NCBI RefSeq assembly: GCF_054482525.1
Contig: NZ_CM137006.1
Length of the DNA: 64,000 bases
Reading direction: 5' to 3' (one strand)
The notes under the pieces were generated by a model. It was not told the DNA's origin. It saw only the letters and a list, made by a program, of their open reading frames with translations, and searched no databases. Position 1 is the stretch's first letter, and every line of letters starts with the position of its first letter. Below are positions 1 through 14,690 of this stretch, piece after piece. The translations under genes were made by a program, and so were the position numbers.

Positions 1-1
1 C

Positions 2-883
2 ACCATTAAATGGGCGATCGCCGTTGGCGATCAGCGCGTTGAAACGGTGTATATCCCGGAAGACGACCGTGCCACGCTCTGCGTCTCTTCGCAGGTGGGG
101 TGTGCGCTGGAGTGTAAATTCTGTTCCACCGCCCAGCAGGGCTTTAACCGCAACCTGCGGGTATCGGAAATTATCGGCCAGGTGTGGCGTGCGGCGAAAA
201 TTGTCGGCGCAGCAAAAGTCACCGGTCAGCGTCCAATCACTAACGTAGTGATGATGGGTATGGGCGAGCCGCTGCTCAACCTGAACAACGTCGTTCCGGC
301 GATGGAAATCATGCTTGATGATTTCGGTTTTGGCCTGTCAAAACGTCGCGTCACGCTTTCCACTTCCGGTGTGGTTCCGGCGCTGGATAAACTGGGCGAT
401 ATGATCGACGTTGCGCTGGCTATCTCCCTGCACGCGCCGAACGACGAAATTCGTGACGAAATTGTGCCGATCAACAAAAAGTACAATATCGAAACGTTCC
501 TTGCGGCGGTGCGCCGTTATCTGGAGAAATCCAACGCCAATCAGGGCCGAGTCACTATTGAATACGTGATGCTTGACCACGTTAACGACGGCACTGAACA
601 CGCGCACCAACTGGCGGAACTGCTGAAAGATACGCCGTGTAAGATCAACCTGATCCCGTGGAATCCCTTCCCGGGCGCGCCGTATGGACGCAGCTCGAAC
701 AGCCGTATCGACCGTTTCTCAAAAGTGCTGATGAGCTACGGTTTCACCACTATTGTGCGTAAAACCCGTGGTGATGATATTGATGCTGCCTGTGGTCAGT
801 TGGCGGGCGATGTTATCGACCGTACGAAACGTACCCTGCGTAAACGGATGCAGGGTGAAGCCATCGACATTAAAGCGGTCTGA
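2..883 (+). CDS. rlmN: 23S rRNA/tRNA m2A methyltransferase RlmN, 5'-truncated at window edge
   Basis: Open frame from window start; CxxxCxxC radical-SAM motif (CALECKFC); recalled RlmN sequence; conserved neighbourhood. Confidence 0.9.
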
Positions 884-1167
884 TAGCCATTACGCCACGG
901 TTACTTTATGTACCGTGGCGTAATCTTTTATGAATGAAGTATTAAGTTGCAATTGTCTGGTCAATATTAACGGTGCGTTTTTGCTGACTTTAAGGCAGTA
1001 TGTAACGATGCAACAGTAAGTTAGCCTTAGTGAATGTGGGCTTTGTCACGAGCACACAGACGGTCTTATACTGTATGATAACGGTTAACTTAACGGATGT
1101 TTCGCGGTGTGGGTGAGCATGATGGTTCACCGGCATCTCAATTCTCATTTAAACGTACCTGCAGCGA

Positions 1168-2181
1168 ATGAATACTGAAGCCACGCACGACCAAAATGAA
1201 GCACTTACTACCGGCGCTCGCCTGCGTAATGCTCGCGAACAACTAGGACTTAGTCAGCAGGCCGTTGCCGAGCGACTTTGCCTGAAGGTTTCCACGGTAC
1301 GCGACATTGAAGAAGATAAGGCACCCGCCGATCTTGCTTCAACATTCCTGCGCGGATATATCCGCTCTTATGCGCGTCTGGTACATATTCCAGAAGAAGA
1401 ACTGCTGCCAGGGCTGGAAAAGCAGGCTCCACTACGGGCTGCAAAAGTTGCGCCGATGCAGAGTTTTTCCCTTGGTAAACGCCGCAAAAAACGTGACGGC
1501 TGGCTGATGACCTTCACCTGGCTGGTGTTGTTTGTGGTTATCGGCCTGAGCGGTGCCTGGTGGTGGCAAGACCACAAAGCTCAGCAGGAAGAGATCACCA
1601 CTATGGCCGATCAATCTTCGGCGGAATTGAGCAGTAATAGCGAGCAGGGGCAGAGTGTTCCGTTAAATACGTCGACAACTACAGACCCGGCTACAACGTC
1701 CACGCCGCCAGCGTCTGTGGATACTACCGCAACCAACACGCAAACACCTGCCGTAACTGCGCCAGCACCAGCTGTTGATCCGCAACAGAATGCGGTTGTT
1801 TCGCCTTCGCAGGCAAATGTTGATACCGCCGCGACCCCGGCACCAACGGCAACAACAACGCCAGATGGTGCTGCGCCGTTGCCAACCGATCAGGCTGGCG
1901 TGACCACGCCGGTGGCTGATCCGAATGCGCTGGTGATGAACTTTACTGCCGATTGCTGGCTGGAGGTCACTGATGCTACCGGTAAAAAATTGTTTAGCGG
2001 TATGCAGCGTAAAGACGGTAATTTGAACTTAACCGGCCAGGCACCGTACAAACTGAAAATTGGTGCGCCAGCCGCAGTACAGATCCAGTATCAAGGGAAA
2101 CCTGTCGATCTGAGTCGTTTTATCAGAACTAACCAGGTTGCGCGTCTGACCCTCAATGCCGAACAATCACCGGCGCAGTAA
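1168..2181 (+). CDS. rodZ: Cytoskeleton protein RodZ
   Basis: 337 aa ORF; N-terminal HTH, single TM, Pro/Thr-rich linker; position between rlmN and ispG. Confidence 0.9.
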   Translation: MNTEATHDQNEALTTGARLRNAREQLGLSQQAVAERLCLKVSTVRDIEEDKAPADLASTFLRGYIRSYARLVHIPEEELLPGLEKQAPLRAAKVAPMQSFSLGKRRKKRDGWLMTFTWLVLFVVIGLSGAWWWQDHKAQQEEITTMADQSSAELSSNSEQGQSVPLNTSTTTDPATTSTPPASVDTTATNTQTPAVTAPAPAVDPQQNAVVSPSQANVDTAATPAPTATTTPDGAAPLPTDQAGVTTPVADPNALVMNFTADCWLEVTDATGKKLFSGMQRKDGNLNLTGQAPYKLKIGAPAAVQIQYQGKPVDLSRFIRTNQVARLTLNAEQSPAQ

Positions 2182-2207
2182 CAGACGGGTAACGCGGGAG
2201 ATTTTTC

Positions 2208-3326
2208 ATGCATAACCAGGCTCCAATTCAACGTAGAAAATCAACACGTATTTACGTTGGGAATGTGCCGATTGGCGATGGTGCTCCCATCGCCGTACAG
2301 TCCATGACCAATACGCGCACGACAGACGTCGAAGCAACGGTCAATCAAATCAAGGCGTTGGAACGTGTTGGCGCTGATATCGTCCGTGTCTCCGTACCGA
2401 CGATGGACGCGGCAGAAGCGTTCAAACTCATCAAACAGCAGGTTAACGTGCCGCTGGTGGCTGACATCCATTTCGACTATCGCATTGCGCTGAAAGTAGC
2501 GGAATACGGCGTCGATTGTCTGCGTATTAACCCTGGCAATATCGGTAATGAAGAGCGTATTCGCATGGTGGTTGACTGTGCGCGCGATAAAAACATTCCG
2601 ATCCGTATTGGCGTTAACGCCGGATCGCTGGAAAAAGATCTGCAAGAAAAGTATGGCGAACCGACGCCGCAGGCATTGCTGGAATCCGCCATGCGCCATG
2701 TTGATCATCTTGATCGCCTGAACTTCGATCAGTTCAAAGTCAGCGTGAAAGCGTCAGACGTCTTCCTCGCTGTTGAGTCTTATCGTTTGCTGGCAAAACA
2801 GATCGATCAGCCGCTGCATCTGGGGATCACCGAAGCGGGTGGCGCGCGCAGCGGGGCGGTTAAATCCGCCATTGGTTTAGGTCTGCTGCTGTCTGAAGGC
2901 ATCGGCGACACGCTGCGCGTATCGCTGGCGGCCGATCCGGTTGAAGAGATCAAAGTCGGTTTCGATATTTTGAAATCGCTGCGTATCCGTTCGCGAGGGA
3001 TCAACTTCATCGCCTGCCCGACCTGTTCGCGTCAGGAATTTGATGTTATCGGTACGGTTAACGCGCTGGAGCAACGCCTGGAAGATATCATCACTCCGAT
3101 GGACGTTTCGATTATCGGCTGCGTGGTGAATGGCCCAGGTGAGGCGCTGGTTTCTACACTCGGCGTCACCGGCGGCAACAAGAAAAGCGGCCTCTATGAA
3201 GATGGCGTGCGCAAAGACCGTCTGGACAACAACGATATGATCGACCAGCTGGAAGCACGCATTCGTGCGAAAGCCAGTCAGCTGGACGAAGCGCGTCGAA
3301 TTGACGTTCAGCAGGTTGAAAAATAA
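2208..3326 (+). CDS. ispG: 4-hydroxy-3-methylbut-2-enyl diphosphate synthase IspG
   Basis: 372 aa ORF; recalled IspG/GcpE sequence incl. C-terminal CPTC...C cluster motif. Confidence 0.95.
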
Positions 3327-3436
3327 TAACGTGATGGGAAGCGCCTCGCTTCCCGTGTATGATTGAACCCGCATGGCTCCCGAAACATTGAGGGAAGCGT
3401 TGAGGGTTCATTTTTATATTCAGAAAGAGAATAAAC

Positions 3437-4711
3437 GTGGCAAAAAACATTCAAGCCATTCGCGGCATGAACGATTACCTGCCTGGCGAAACGGCCATCT
3501 GGCAGCGCATTGAAGGCACACTGAAAAACGTGCTCGGCAGCTACGGTTACAGTGAAATCCGCTTGCCGATTGTAGAGCAGACCCCGCTATTCAAACGTGC
3601 GATTGGTGAAGTCACCGACGTGGTTGAAAAAGAGATGTACACCTTTGAGGATCGCAATGGCGACAGCCTGACTCTGCGCCCTGAAGGGACGGCGGGCTGT
3701 GTACGCGCCGGCATCGAGCATGGTCTTCTGTACAATCAGGAACAGCGTCTGTGGTATATCGGGCCGATGTTCCGTCACGAGCGTCCTCAGAAAGGGCGTT
3801 ATCGTCAGTTCCATCAGTTGGGCTGCGAAGTTTTCGGTCTGCAAGGCCCGGATATCGACGCTGAACTGATTATGCTCACCGCCCGCTGGTGGCGCGCGCT
3901 GGGTATCTCCGAGCACGTAACTCTTGAGCTGAACTCTATCGGTTCGCTGGAAGCACGAGCCAATTACCGCGATGCGCTGGTGGCATTCCTTGAGCAGCAT
4001 AAAGAAAAGCTGGACGAAGACTGCAAACGCCGCATGTACACTAACCCGCTGCGCGTGCTGGATTCAAAAAATCCGGAAGTGCAGGCGCTTCTCAACGACG
4101 CTCCGGCATTAGGCGATTATCTGGACGAGGAATCTCGTGAGCATTTTGCCGGTCTGTGCAAACTGCTGGAGAGCGCGGGGATCGCTTACACCGTCAACCA
4201 GCGTCTGGTGCGTGGTCTGGATTACTATAACCGTACCGTTTTCGAGTGGGTGACTAACAGTCTCGGCTCCCAGGGCACCGTGTGTGCAGGCGGTCGTTAT
4301 GACGGTCTGGTGGAACAACTGGGCGGTCGTGCAACACCGGCTGTCGGTTTTGCGATGGGCCTCGAACGTCTTGTATTGTTAGTACAGGCCGTTAATCCGG
4401 AATTTAAAGCCGATCCTGTTGTCGATATATACCTGGTGGCTTCAGGTGCTGATACACAATCTGCGGCTATGGCATTAGCTGAGCGTCTGCGTGATGAATT
4501 ACCGGGCGTGAAATTGATGACCAACCACGGCGGCGGCAACTTTAAGAAACAGTTTGCCCGTGCTGATAAATGGGGTGCCCGCGTTGCTGTGGTGCTGGGT
4601 GAGTCTGAAGTGGCTAACGGCACAGCAGTAGTGAAGGATTTGCGCTCTGGTGAGCAAACGGCAGTTGCGCAGGATAGCGTAGCCGCGCATTTGCGCACGT
4701 TACTGGGTTAA
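3437..4711 (+). CDS. hisS: Histidyl-tRNA synthetase
   Basis: 424 aa ORF; class II aaRS motifs; recalled HisS. Confidence 0.95.
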
Positions 4712-4728
4712 GGAAGGAGAAGGACAGC

Positions 4729-5349
4729 GTGGAAATTTACGAGAACGAAAACGACCAGGTAGAAGCGGTTAAACGCTTTTTTGCTGAAAATGGCAAAGCA
4801 CTGGCTGTTGGGGTGATTTTGGGCGTTGGTGCACTGATTGGCTGGCGCTACTGGAACAGCCATCAGGTTGATTCTGCACGCTCCGCTTCTCTTGCCTATC
4901 AAAATGCGGTTACCGCAGTGAGCGAAGGCAAACCGGATAGCATTCCGGCGGCGGAAAAATTTGCTGCTGAAAATAAAAATACTTATGGTGCGCTGGCTTC
5001 TTTGGAACTTGCGCAGCAATTTGTTGACAAAAATGAACTAGAGAAAGCTGCCGCCCAGTTACAACAGGGGCTGGCAGACACGAGCGATGAAAATCTCAAA
5101 GCCGTGATAAATCTGCGTCTTGCTCGCGTTCAGGTTCAGCTCAAGCAGGCTGATGCCGCGCTGAAAACCCTTGATGCCATCAAAGGTGAAGGGTGGGCTG
5201 CCATTGTTGCCGACCTGCGTGGTGAAGCATTGCTGAGCAAAGGTGATAAGCAAGGTGCGCGTAGTGCATGGGAAGCAGGCGTGAAAAGCGATGTTACCCC
5301 GGCACTGAGCGAAATGATGCAGATGAAAATTAATAATTTGTCCATCTGA
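4729..5349 (+). CDS. yfgM: TPR-like membrane protein YfgM
   Basis: 206 aa ORF with GTG start; recalled YfgM N-terminus; conserved position. Confidence 0.85.
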   Translation: MEIYENENDQVEAVKRFFAENGKALAVGVILGVGALIGWRYWNSHQVDSARSASLAYQNAVTAVSEGKPDSIPAAEKFAAENKNTYGALASLELAQQFVDKNELEKAAAQLQQGLADTSDENLKAVINLRLARVQVQLKQADAALKTLDAIKGEGWAAIVADLRGEALLSKGDKQGARSAWEAGVKSDVTPALSEMMQMKINNLSI

Positions 5350-5359
5350 GAGGGACCCG

Positions 5360-6538
5360 ATGCAATTGCGTAAATTACTGCTGCCAGGACTGCTTTCCGT
5401 TACCCTTTTAAGCGGCTGTTCGCTGTTTAACAGCGAAGAAGATGTGGTAAAGATGTCCCCATTGCCGACCGTTGAAAACCAGTTTACGCCGACCACGGCG
5501 TGGAGCACTTCCGTTGGTAGCGGCATTGGCAACTTCTATTCCAATCTTCATCCGGCACTGGCGGACAACGTTGTCTATGCAGCGGACCGCGCTGGTTTAG
5601 TAAAAGCGCTGAATGCGGATGATGGCAAAGAAATCTGGTCTGTCAGCCTGGCCGAGAAAGATGGCTGGTTCTCTAAAGAGCCTGCATTACTTTCTGGCGG
5701 TGTGACCGTGTCTGGTGGGCATGTCTACATTGGCAGCGAAAAGGCGCAGGTTTACGCGCTGAATACCAGCGATGGTACTGTGGCATGGCAAACTAAAGTC
5801 GCGGGTGAAGCACTTTCGCGTCCGGTGGTCAGCGACGGTCTGGTGTTAATCCACACCAGTAACGGTCAGTTACAAGCGCTGAACGAAGCTGACGGCGCTG
5901 TCAAATGGACAGTTAACCTCGATATGCCTTCGCTCTCTTTGCGTGGCGAGTCTGCGCCGGCAACGGCTTTTGGTGCGGCCGTCGTGGGTGGCGATAATGG
6001 TCGCGTCAGCGCAGTGCTGATGGAACAGGGCCAGATGATTTGGCAGCAGCGTATTTCCCAGGCGACCGGTTCTACCGAAATTGACCGTCTGAGCGATGTT
6101 GACACGACTCCCGTCGTTGTTAACGGTGTTGTTTTCGCGCTGGCCTATAATGGTAACCTGACGGCGCTTGATCTGCGCAGTGGTCAGATTATGTGGAAAC
6201 GCGAACTGGGTTCGGTGAATGATTTCATCGTCGACGGCAATCGCATCTATCTGGTCGATCAAAATGACCGGGTGATGGCGTTGACCATTGATGGCGGCGT
6301 TACGCTGTGGACACAAAGCGATCTGTTGCATCGCCTGCTGACTTCTCCGGTGCTGTATAATGGCAACCTGGTGGTAGGTGACAGCGAAGGTTATCTGCAC
6401 TGGATTAACGTCGAAGATGGTCGTTTCGTTGCCCAGCAAAAAGTTGATAGTTCCGGTTTCCAGACTGAACCGGTTGCCGCTGATGGCAAACTGCTGATCC
6501 AGGCAAAAGACGGAACCGTGTACTCTATTACACGTTAA
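5360..6538 (+). CDS. bamB: Outer membrane assembly lipoprotein BamB
   Basis: 392 aa ORF; lipobox LLSGC; PQQ-like beta-propeller repeats. Confidence 0.9.
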   Translation: MQLRKLLLPGLLSVTLLSGCSLFNSEEDVVKMSPLPTVENQFTPTTAWSTSVGSGIGNFYSNLHPALADNVVYAADRAGLVKALNADDGKEIWSVSLAEKDGWFSKEPALLSGGVTVSGGHVYIGSEKAQVYALNTSDGTVAWQTKVAGEALSRPVVSDGLVLIHTSNGQLQALNEADGAVKWTVNLDMPSLSLRGESAPATAFGAAVVGGDNGRVSAVLMEQGQMIWQQRISQATGSTEIDRLSDVDTTPVVVNGVVFALAYNGNLTALDLRSGQIMWKRELGSVNDFIVDGNRIYLVDQNDRVMALTIDGGVTLWTQSDLLHRLLTSPVLYNGNLVVGDSEGYLHWINVEDGRFVAQQKVDSSGFQTEPVAADGKLLIQAKDGTVYSITR

Positions 6539-6655
6539 TCGTCTCTGTCGTTCACTTTGAAAACGGCTCCTGGACAGGGGCCGTTTTCCTGTTTTTAACA
6601 ACGACACGAATATAGCGTGCGTTGTCTGATGATGTATAAAAATGAGGCTTTAAAC

Positions 6656-8128
6656 ATGGTACCTGTGGTCGCGCTTGTCGGGCGCCCTAACGTAGGAAAA
6701 TCCACGTTATTTAACCGTCTAACTCGCACCCGAGATGCGCTGGTTGCGGATTTCCCGGGTCTGACTCGTGACCGTAAGTACGGTCGTGCAGAAATTGAAG
6801 GCCGTGAGTTTATCTGCATTGATACCGGCGGGATTGATGGTACAGAAGACGGTGTAGAAACCCGTATGGCGGAACAGTCGCTGCTGGCGATTGAAGAAGC
6901 GGACGTCGTACTGTTTATGGTGGATGCGCGCGCGGGCCTGATGCCGGCGGATGAAGCGATTGCCAAACATCTGCGCTCCCGTGAAAAACCGACCTTCCTG
7001 GTGGCAAACAAAACTGACGGGCTGGATCCCGATCAGGCGGTGGTTGATTTCTACTCGCTTGGTTTAGGGGAAATCTACCCGATCGCCGCGTCTCACGGTC
7101 GTGGCGTATTAAGTCTGCTGGAGCACGTGCTGCTGCCGTGGATGGAAGATCTCGCACCACAAGAAGAAGTGGATGAAGACGCTGAATACTGGGCGCAATT
7201 TGAAGCAGAAGAAAACGGCGAAGAAGAAGAGGAAGATGACTTCGACCCGCAAAGTCTGCCGATCAAACTGGCGATTGTGGGTCGTCCGAACGTAGGTAAG
7301 TCTACACTCACTAACCGTATTCTTGGTGAAGAGCGCGTTGTTGTTTACGACATGCCTGGCACCACGCGTGACAGTATCTACATTCCAATGGAACGCGACG
7401 GACGTGAGTATGTGCTCATTGACACCGCTGGCGTACGTAAACGCGGCAAAATCACCGATGCTGTAGAGAAGTTCTCGGTAATCAAAACGTTGCAGGCCAT
7501 TGAAGATGCCAACGTGGTGATGTTGGTGATTGATGCGCGCGAAGGTATTTCCGATCAGGATCTCTCCCTGCTGGGCTTTATTCTCAATAGTGGGCGCTCA
7601 CTTGTCATTGTGGTGAATAAGTGGGATGGCCTGAGCCAGGAAGTGAAAGAGCAGGTGAAAGAAACGCTGGACTTCCGTCTGGGCTTTATCGATTTTGCTC
7701 GTGTGCACTTTATCTCAGCCTTGCACGGCAGTGGTGTTGGTAATCTGTTTGAATCAGTACGTGAAGCGTATGACAGCTCCACCCGTCGTGTGGGGACCTC
7801 TATGCTGACGCGCATCATGACGATGGCTGTTGAAGATCACCAGCCGCCGCTGGTACGTGGTCGTCGTGTGAAGCTGAAATATGCCCACGCCGGTGGTTAT
7901 AACCCGCCGATTGTGGTGATTCACGGTAATCAGGTGAAAGACCTGCCTGATTCCTACAAGCGTTACTTGATGAACTACTTCCGCAAATCGCTGGACGTAA
8001 TGGGATCGCCGATTCGTATTCAGTTCAAAGAAGGGGAAAACCCGTATGCGAACAAGCGTAACACCCTGACGCCAACCCAGATGCGTAAACGTAAGCGTCT
8101 GATGAAGCACATCAAGAAAAATAAATAA
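6656..8128 (+). CDS. der: Ribosome-associated GTPase Der (EngA)
   Basis: Two tandem GTPase domains each with [10 protein letters not shown]-loop; start placed at MVPVV (K-12-like 490 aa). Confidence 0.9.
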
Positions 8129-8196
8129 TTATCCGTAAGTATTTTATCTGCCATTCCCTCTATAAATGTAGAGGGATGGCTACTGGAGGAATTCAT

Positions 8197-9809
<1,613 letters not shown>

Positions 9810-9940
9810 TTATTCAGTCGATAGTAACCCGCCCTTCGGGGATAGCAAGCATTTTTTGCAAAAAGGGGTAGATGCAATCGGTTACGCTCTGTATAATGCC
9901 GCGGCAATATTTATTAACCACTCTGGTCGAGATATTGCCC

Positions 9941-11407
9941 ATGCTACGTATCGCTAAAGAAGCTCTGACGTTTGACGACGTTCTCCTCGTTCCTGCTCAT
10001 TCTACCGTTCTGCCGAATACTGCTGACCTCAGCACCCAGCTGACGAAAACTATTCGTCTGAATATCCCTATGCTTTCCGCAGCAATGGATACCGTAACGG
10101 AAGCGCGCCTGGCTATTGCTCTGGCTCAGGAAGGCGGTATCGGCTTTATCCACAAAAACATGTCCATTGAACGCCAGGCAGAAGAAGTTCGCCGTGTGAA
10201 AAAACACGAATCTGGCGTGGTAACTGATCCGCAGACTGTTCTGCCAACCACGACGCTGCGCGAAGTGAAAGAACTGACCGAGCGTAACGGTTTTGCGGGC
10301 TATCCGGTCGTTACCGAAGAAAACGAACTGGTGGGTATTATCACCGGTCGTGACGTACGTTTTGTTACCGACCTGAGCCAGCCGGTTAGCGTTTACATGA
10401 CGCCGAAAGAACGTCTGGTCACCGTGCGTGAAGGTGAAGCCCGTGAAGTTGTGCTGGCAAAAATGCACGAAAAACGCGTTGAAAAAGCGCTGGTGGTTGA
10501 TGACGAATTCCACCTGATCGGCATGATCACCGTCAAAGACTTCCAGAAAGCGGAACGTAAACCGAACGCCTGTAAAGACGAGCAAGGCCGTCTGCGTGTT
10601 GGTGCAGCGGTTGGCGCGGGTGCGGGTAACGAAGAGCGTGTTGACGCGCTGGTTGCCGCAGGCGTTGACGTTCTGCTGATCGACTCCTCTCACGGTCACT
10701 CAGAAGGCGTTCTGCAACGTATCCGTGAAACCCGTGCTAAATATCCTGATCTGCAAATCATCGGCGGCAACGTGGCAACAGCTGCAGGTGCACGCGCTCT
10801 GGCAGAAGCTGGTTGCAGCGCGGTTAAAGTCGGTATCGGCCCAGGCTCTATCTGTACGACTCGTATCGTGACTGGCGTCGGTGTTCCACAGATCACCGCC
10901 GTTGCTGATGCAGTAGAAGCCCTGGAAGGCACCGGTATTCCGGTTATCGCTGACGGCGGTATCCGTTTCTCAGGCGATATCGCCAAAGCTATCGCCGCAG
11001 GCGCAAGCGCGGTGATGGTGGGTTCCATGCTGGCGGGTACTGAAGAATCTCCGGGTGAAATCGAACTCTACCAGGGCCGTTCTTACAAATCTTACCGTGG
11101 GATGGGCTCTCTGGGTGCGATGTCCAAAGGTTCTTCTGACCGTTACTTCCAGAGTGACAACGCTGCCGACAAACTGGTGCCGGAAGGTATCGAAGGTCGC
11201 GTGGCCTATAAAGGTCGCCTGAAAGAGATCATTCACCAGCAGATGGGCGGCCTGCGCTCCTGTATGGGCCTGACCGGCTGTGGTACTATCGACGAACTGC
11301 GTACTAAAGCGGAGTTTGTACGTATCAGCGGTGCGGGCATTCAGGAAAGCCACGTTCACGACGTGACCATTACTAAAGAGTCCCCGAACTACCGTCTGGG
11401 CTCCTGA
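9941..11407 (+). CDS. guaB: IMP dehydrogenase
   Basis: Start placed at MLRIAKEA (K-12-like 488 aa); CBS pair and catalytic GSICTT motif. Confidence 0.95.
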   Translation: MLRIAKEALTFDDVLLVPAHSTVLPNTADLSTQLTKTIRLNIPMLSAAMDTVTEARLAIALAQEGGIGFIHKNMSIERQAEEVRRVKKHESGVVTDPQTVLPTTTLREVKELTERNGFAGYPVVTEENELVGIITGRDVRFVTDLSQPVSVYMTPKERLVTVREGEAREVVLAKMHEKRVEKALVVDDEFHLIGMITVKDFQKAERKPNACKDEQGRLRVGAAVGAGAGNEERVDALVAAGVDVLLIDSSHGHSEGVLQRIRETRAKYPDLQIIGGNVATAAGARALAEAGCSAVKVGIGPGSICTTRIVTGVGVPQITAVADAVEALEGTGIPVIADGGIRFSGDIAKAIAAGASAVMVGSMLAGTEESPGEIELYQGRSYKSYRGMGSLGAMSKGSSDRYFQSDNAADKLVPEGIEGRVAYKGRLKEIIHQQMGGLRSCMGLTGCGTIDELRTKAEFVRISGAGIQESHVHDVTITKESPNYRLGS

Positions 11408-11475
11408 TTCTCTTCGCCCGACTTCATGTCGGGCGATTTATATTATCTGTTTCACTTGCCTCGGAATAAGCGTCA

Positions 11476-13053
11476 ATGACGGAAAACATTCATAAGCATC
11501 GCATCCTCATTCTGGACTTCGGTTCTCAGTACACTCAACTGGTTGCGCGCCGCGTGCGTGAACTGGGTGTTTACTGCGAACTGTGGGCGTGGGATGTGAC
11601 AGAAGCACAAATTCGTGACTTCAACCCAAGCGGCATTATTCTTTCCGGCGGCCCGGAAAGCACCACCGAAGAAAACAGCCCGCGCGCGCCGCAGTATGTC
11701 TTTGAAGCAGGCGTACCGGTATTCGGCGTTTGCTATGGCATGCAGACCATGGCAATGCAGTTGGGCGGTCACGTTGAAGCCTCTAACGAACGTGAATTTG
11801 GCTACGCGCAGGTTGAAGTCGTAAACGACAGCGCACTGGTTCGCGGTATCGAAGATGCGCTGACCGCAGACGGTAAACCGCTGCTCGATGTCTGGATGAG
11901 CCACGGCGATAAAGTTACCGCTATCCCGTCCGACTTCGTCACCGTAGCCAGCACCGAAAGCTGCCCGTTTGCCATTATGGCTAACGAAGAAAAACGCTTC
12001 TATGGCGTACAGTTCCACCCGGAAGTGACTCACACCCGCCAGGGTATGCGCATGCTGGAGCGTTTTGTGCGTGATATCTGCCAGTGTGAAGCCCTGTGGA
12101 CGCCAGCGAAAATTATCGACGATGCTGTAGCTCGCATCCGCGAGCAGGTAGGCGACGATAAAGTCATCCTCGGCCTCTCTGGTGGTGTGGATTCCTCCGT
12201 AACCGCAATGCTGCTGCACCGCGCTATCGGTAAAAACCTGACTTGCGTATTCGTCGACAACGGCCTGCTGCGTCTCAACGAAGCAGAGCAGGTTCTGGAT
12301 ATGTTTGGCGATCACTTTGGTCTGAACATTGTTCACGTTCCGGCAGAAGCTCGCTTCCTGTCAGCGTTGGCCGGCGAAAACGATCCGGAAGCAAAACGTA
12401 AAATCATCGGGCGCGTTTTCGTTGAAGTATTCGATGAAGAAGCACTGAAACTGGAAGACGTGAAGTGGCTGGCGCAGGGCACTATCTACCCTGACGTTAT
12501 TGAATCTGCCGCATCTGCAACCGGTAAAGCACACGTCATCAAATCTCACCACAACGTGGGCGGCCTGCCGAAAGAGATGAAGATGGGGCTGGTTGAACCG
12601 CTGAAAGAGCTGTTCAAAGACGAAGTGCGTAAGATTGGTCTGGAGCTGGGCCTGCCGTACGACATGCTGTACCGTCACCCGTTCCCGGGACCAGGCCTCG
12701 GCGTTCGTGTACTGGGCGAAGTGAAGAAAGAGTACTGCGACCTGCTGCGCCGTGCTGACGCCATCTTCATTGAAGAACTGCGTAAAGCGGACCTGTACGA
12801 CAAAGTCAGCCAGGCATTCACCGTCTTCCTGCCGGTACGTTCCGTTGGCGTAATGGGCGATGGTCGTAAGTATGACTGGGTTGTCTCTCTGCGTGCTGTC
12901 GAAACCATCGACTTTATGACCGCACACTGGGCGCACCTGCCGTATGACTTCCTCGGTCGCGTTTCCAACCGCATTATCAATGAAGTGAACGGTATTTCCC
13001 GCGTGGTGTATGACATCAGCGGCAAGCCACCAGCGACTATTGAGTGGGAATGA
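11476..13053 (+). CDS. guaA: GMP synthase (glutamine-hydrolysing)
   Basis: 525 aa ORF; GATase domain plus SGGVDSS PP-loop; recalled GuaA. Confidence 0.95.
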   Translation: MTENIHKHRILILDFGSQYTQLVARRVRELGVYCELWAWDVTEAQIRDFNPSGIILSGGPESTTEENSPRAPQYVFEAGVPVFGVCYGMQTMAMQLGGHVEASNEREFGYAQVEVVNDSALVRGIEDALTADGKPLLDVWMSHGDKVTAIPSDFVTVASTESCPFAIMANEEKRFYGVQFHPEVTHTRQGMRMLERFVRDICQCEALWTPAKIIDDAVARIREQVGDDKVILGLSGGVDSSVTAMLLHRAIGKNLTCVFVDNGLLRLNEAEQVLDMFGDHFGLNIVHVPAEARFLSALAGENDPEAKRKIIGRVFVEVFDEEALKLEDVKWLAQGTIYPDVIESAASATGKAHVIKSHHNVGGLPKEMKMGLVEPLKELFKDEVRKIGLELGLPYDMLYRHPFPGPGLGVRVLGEVKKEYCDLLRRADAIFIEELRKADLYDKVSQAFTVFLPVRSVGVMGDGRKYDWVVSLRAVETIDFMTAHWAHLPYDFLGRVSNRIINEVNGISRVVYDISGKPPATIEWE

Positions 13054-13099
13054 TTAACAGCTAACTCATAGCAACTCATTTCTATTCAGATATTAACTC

Positions 13100-13126
13100 A
13101 ACCCTCTGTTTTTACAGAGGGTTTTT
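13100..13126. repeat. Prophage left attachment site (attL); guaA terminator hairpin AACCCTCTGTTtttACAGAGGGTTTTT
   Basis: Near-identical copy at 53625-53652 (3 mismatches in loop); lies just after guaA stop and before the integrase. Confidence 0.7.
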
Positions 13127-13188
13127 GTTTTTATGTATTCATCTCTATTCACTCTACACCATATTTTTCGGCGGTACAGGTGACGGTA

Positions 13189-13203
13189 TTACCCTAAAGG
13201 TAT
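13189..13203. promoter_or_regulatory. TTACC-N5-GGTAt palindromic motif (variant) upstream of integrase
   Basis: Read directly: TTACCctaaaGGTAT. Confidence 0.35.
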
Positions 13204-13245
13204 ACTCTCATACCGTCATGAAAATGGTTTCTATACGGGTGAATT

Positions 13246-14496
13246 GTGCTTACCGATACAAAATTAAAAAACCTCAAGCCGCAGGACAAACTGTACAAGG
13301 TCTCCGATCGTGACGGGCTGTATGTAGCTGTGCTTACGTCAGGCACGGTCTCGTTTCGCTATGACTACCGTATCAACGGTCGTCGCGAAACACTGGTAAT
13401 CGGGCAGTATGGGCGTGACGGTATCAGCCTGGCAGAAGCGCGAGAAGAACTGATTGCTGCAAAGAAGCTGCTTAAAGCAGGCCAGTCGCCGGCTGCGGCT
13501 AAACGTGACGGTATCAAAAAGATTCGTGGTGCCGAGACGTTTGCGGTACATACCGACAGTTATATGAAACACGTCATCCTGGCTGACAGTACCCGCGCAA
13601 TGAAGCAGGCGGTGATTGACCGTGACATACTTCCGGTTCTTGGTAACAAAATGATGGCTGAAATTACCACATCGATGGTTCGTGATTTGTGTGACCGGAT
13701 TGTCGAACGCGGTGGTCGGGCAACAGCAGTACAGGCCAGGGAGATCATCAGCAGCGTATACCGTCACGCCAATGACCGTGGTCATGGTTTGTTTAATCCT
13801 GCGGCTGACATTAAACCTTCGTCTATCGCCATATTTAAACCACGAGAGCGAACACTGACACCAGAAGAAATTGGCCTGTTCTTCCGCACGCTGGATGCCA
13901 TTGGTGCTATGGGCACTATGAAAATGGCTTTAAAGCTGGTGCTTATCACTATGGTTCGTAAAGGCGAATTCACCAACGCAACGTGGGATGAAATAGATTT
14001 TAAAAAATGGACATGGACAATTCCTTCAGACCGCATGAAGGGAAGCCGGGCGCACGTTATTTACCTGCCTAAACAGGCTCAGGATATATTGGTCGGGTTG
14101 CAGATGTGCGCTGGTGGAAGTGAATATCTGGTTCCTGGTCGTTACAATTTCCGGAAGCCATTATCTAATGCCGCGCTGAACTCTCTGATCGACAGAACGG
14201 TGAAAATAATAAATGAAGATGGTGAGCATATTCAGGGCTTCACCGTACACGATATGCGCCGTACAGCCAGTACGTTGTTGCATGAGGCTGGTTATCCTTC
14301 AGACTGGATTGAAAAGGCTCTGGCACATGAGCAGAAAGGTGTGCGCGCCGTATATAACAAAGCGGAATACGCCAGACAGCGCGCCTACATGTTGCAGCAG
14401 TGGGCCGATATGATTGATTCCTGGATTAACGGGGAGCATACGGATCTGATTCCGTTCTCCCCGTCGAAGTTTGAGAAGTGGATGGCGGGGGAATAA
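13246..14496 (+). CDS. int: Tyrosine integrase (P4-type, with N-terminal arm-binding domain)
   Basis: 416 aa ORF with GTG start; N-terminus typical of P4-family integrases; catalytic-domain R...HDMRRT...Y pattern. Confidence 0.85.
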   Translation: MLTDTKLKNLKPQDKLYKVSDRDGLYVAVLTSGTVSFRYDYRINGRRETLVIGQYGRDGISLAEAREELIAAKKLLKAGQSPAAAKRDGIKKIRGAETFAVHTDSYMKHVILADSTRAMKQAVIDRDILPVLGNKMMAEITTSMVRDLCDRIVERGGRATAVQAREIISSVYRHANDRGHGLFNPAADIKPSSIAIFKPRERTLTPEEIGLFFRTLDAIGAMGTMKMALKLVLITMVRKGEFTNATWDEIDFKKWTWTIPSDRMKGSRAHVIYLPKQAQDILVGLQMCAGGSEYLVPGRYNFRKPLSNAALNSLIDRTVKIINEDGEHIQGFTVHDMRRTASTLLHEAGYPSDWIEKALAHEQKGVRAVYNKAEYARQRAYMLQQWADMIDSWINGEHTDLIPFSPSKFEKWMAGE

Positions 14497-14690
14497 CGTT
14501 TAATAGTTCTGCTGATTTTCTTCCATCTCTGCTTCTGCTGCCAGTGATTCAATTTTGTTTTCGAATATTGCTGACAGTGTTGCAAATTCAGCATCAGTGA
14601 CAGCGGGAATTGGAACAAACCTGATCCCGCTGTGTGCAAGCATGTTTGCAGTTTCAAGGCATTTTCTTAAATCTGCTGGTGATGCCCTGT

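Noticed and set aside
5870-6607. 245-aa ORF on the minus strand inside bamB, and similar long antisense ORFs inside guaB, guaA, ppk and tail genes
   Set aside because: They lie antisense within well-supported genes, lack ribosome-binding sites and have no recognisable protein features; typical antisense frames in GC-biased coding DNA.
8156-8175. Hairpin CCCTCTA-taaatg-TAGAGGG after der
   Set aside because: Not followed by a T-tract and overlaps the yfgJ ribosome-binding region; insufficient to call a terminator.
13125-13313. 62-aa ORF overlapping the integrase start
   Set aside because: Overlaps the integrase 5' end and promoter region; no RBS; the integrase frame explains the sequence.
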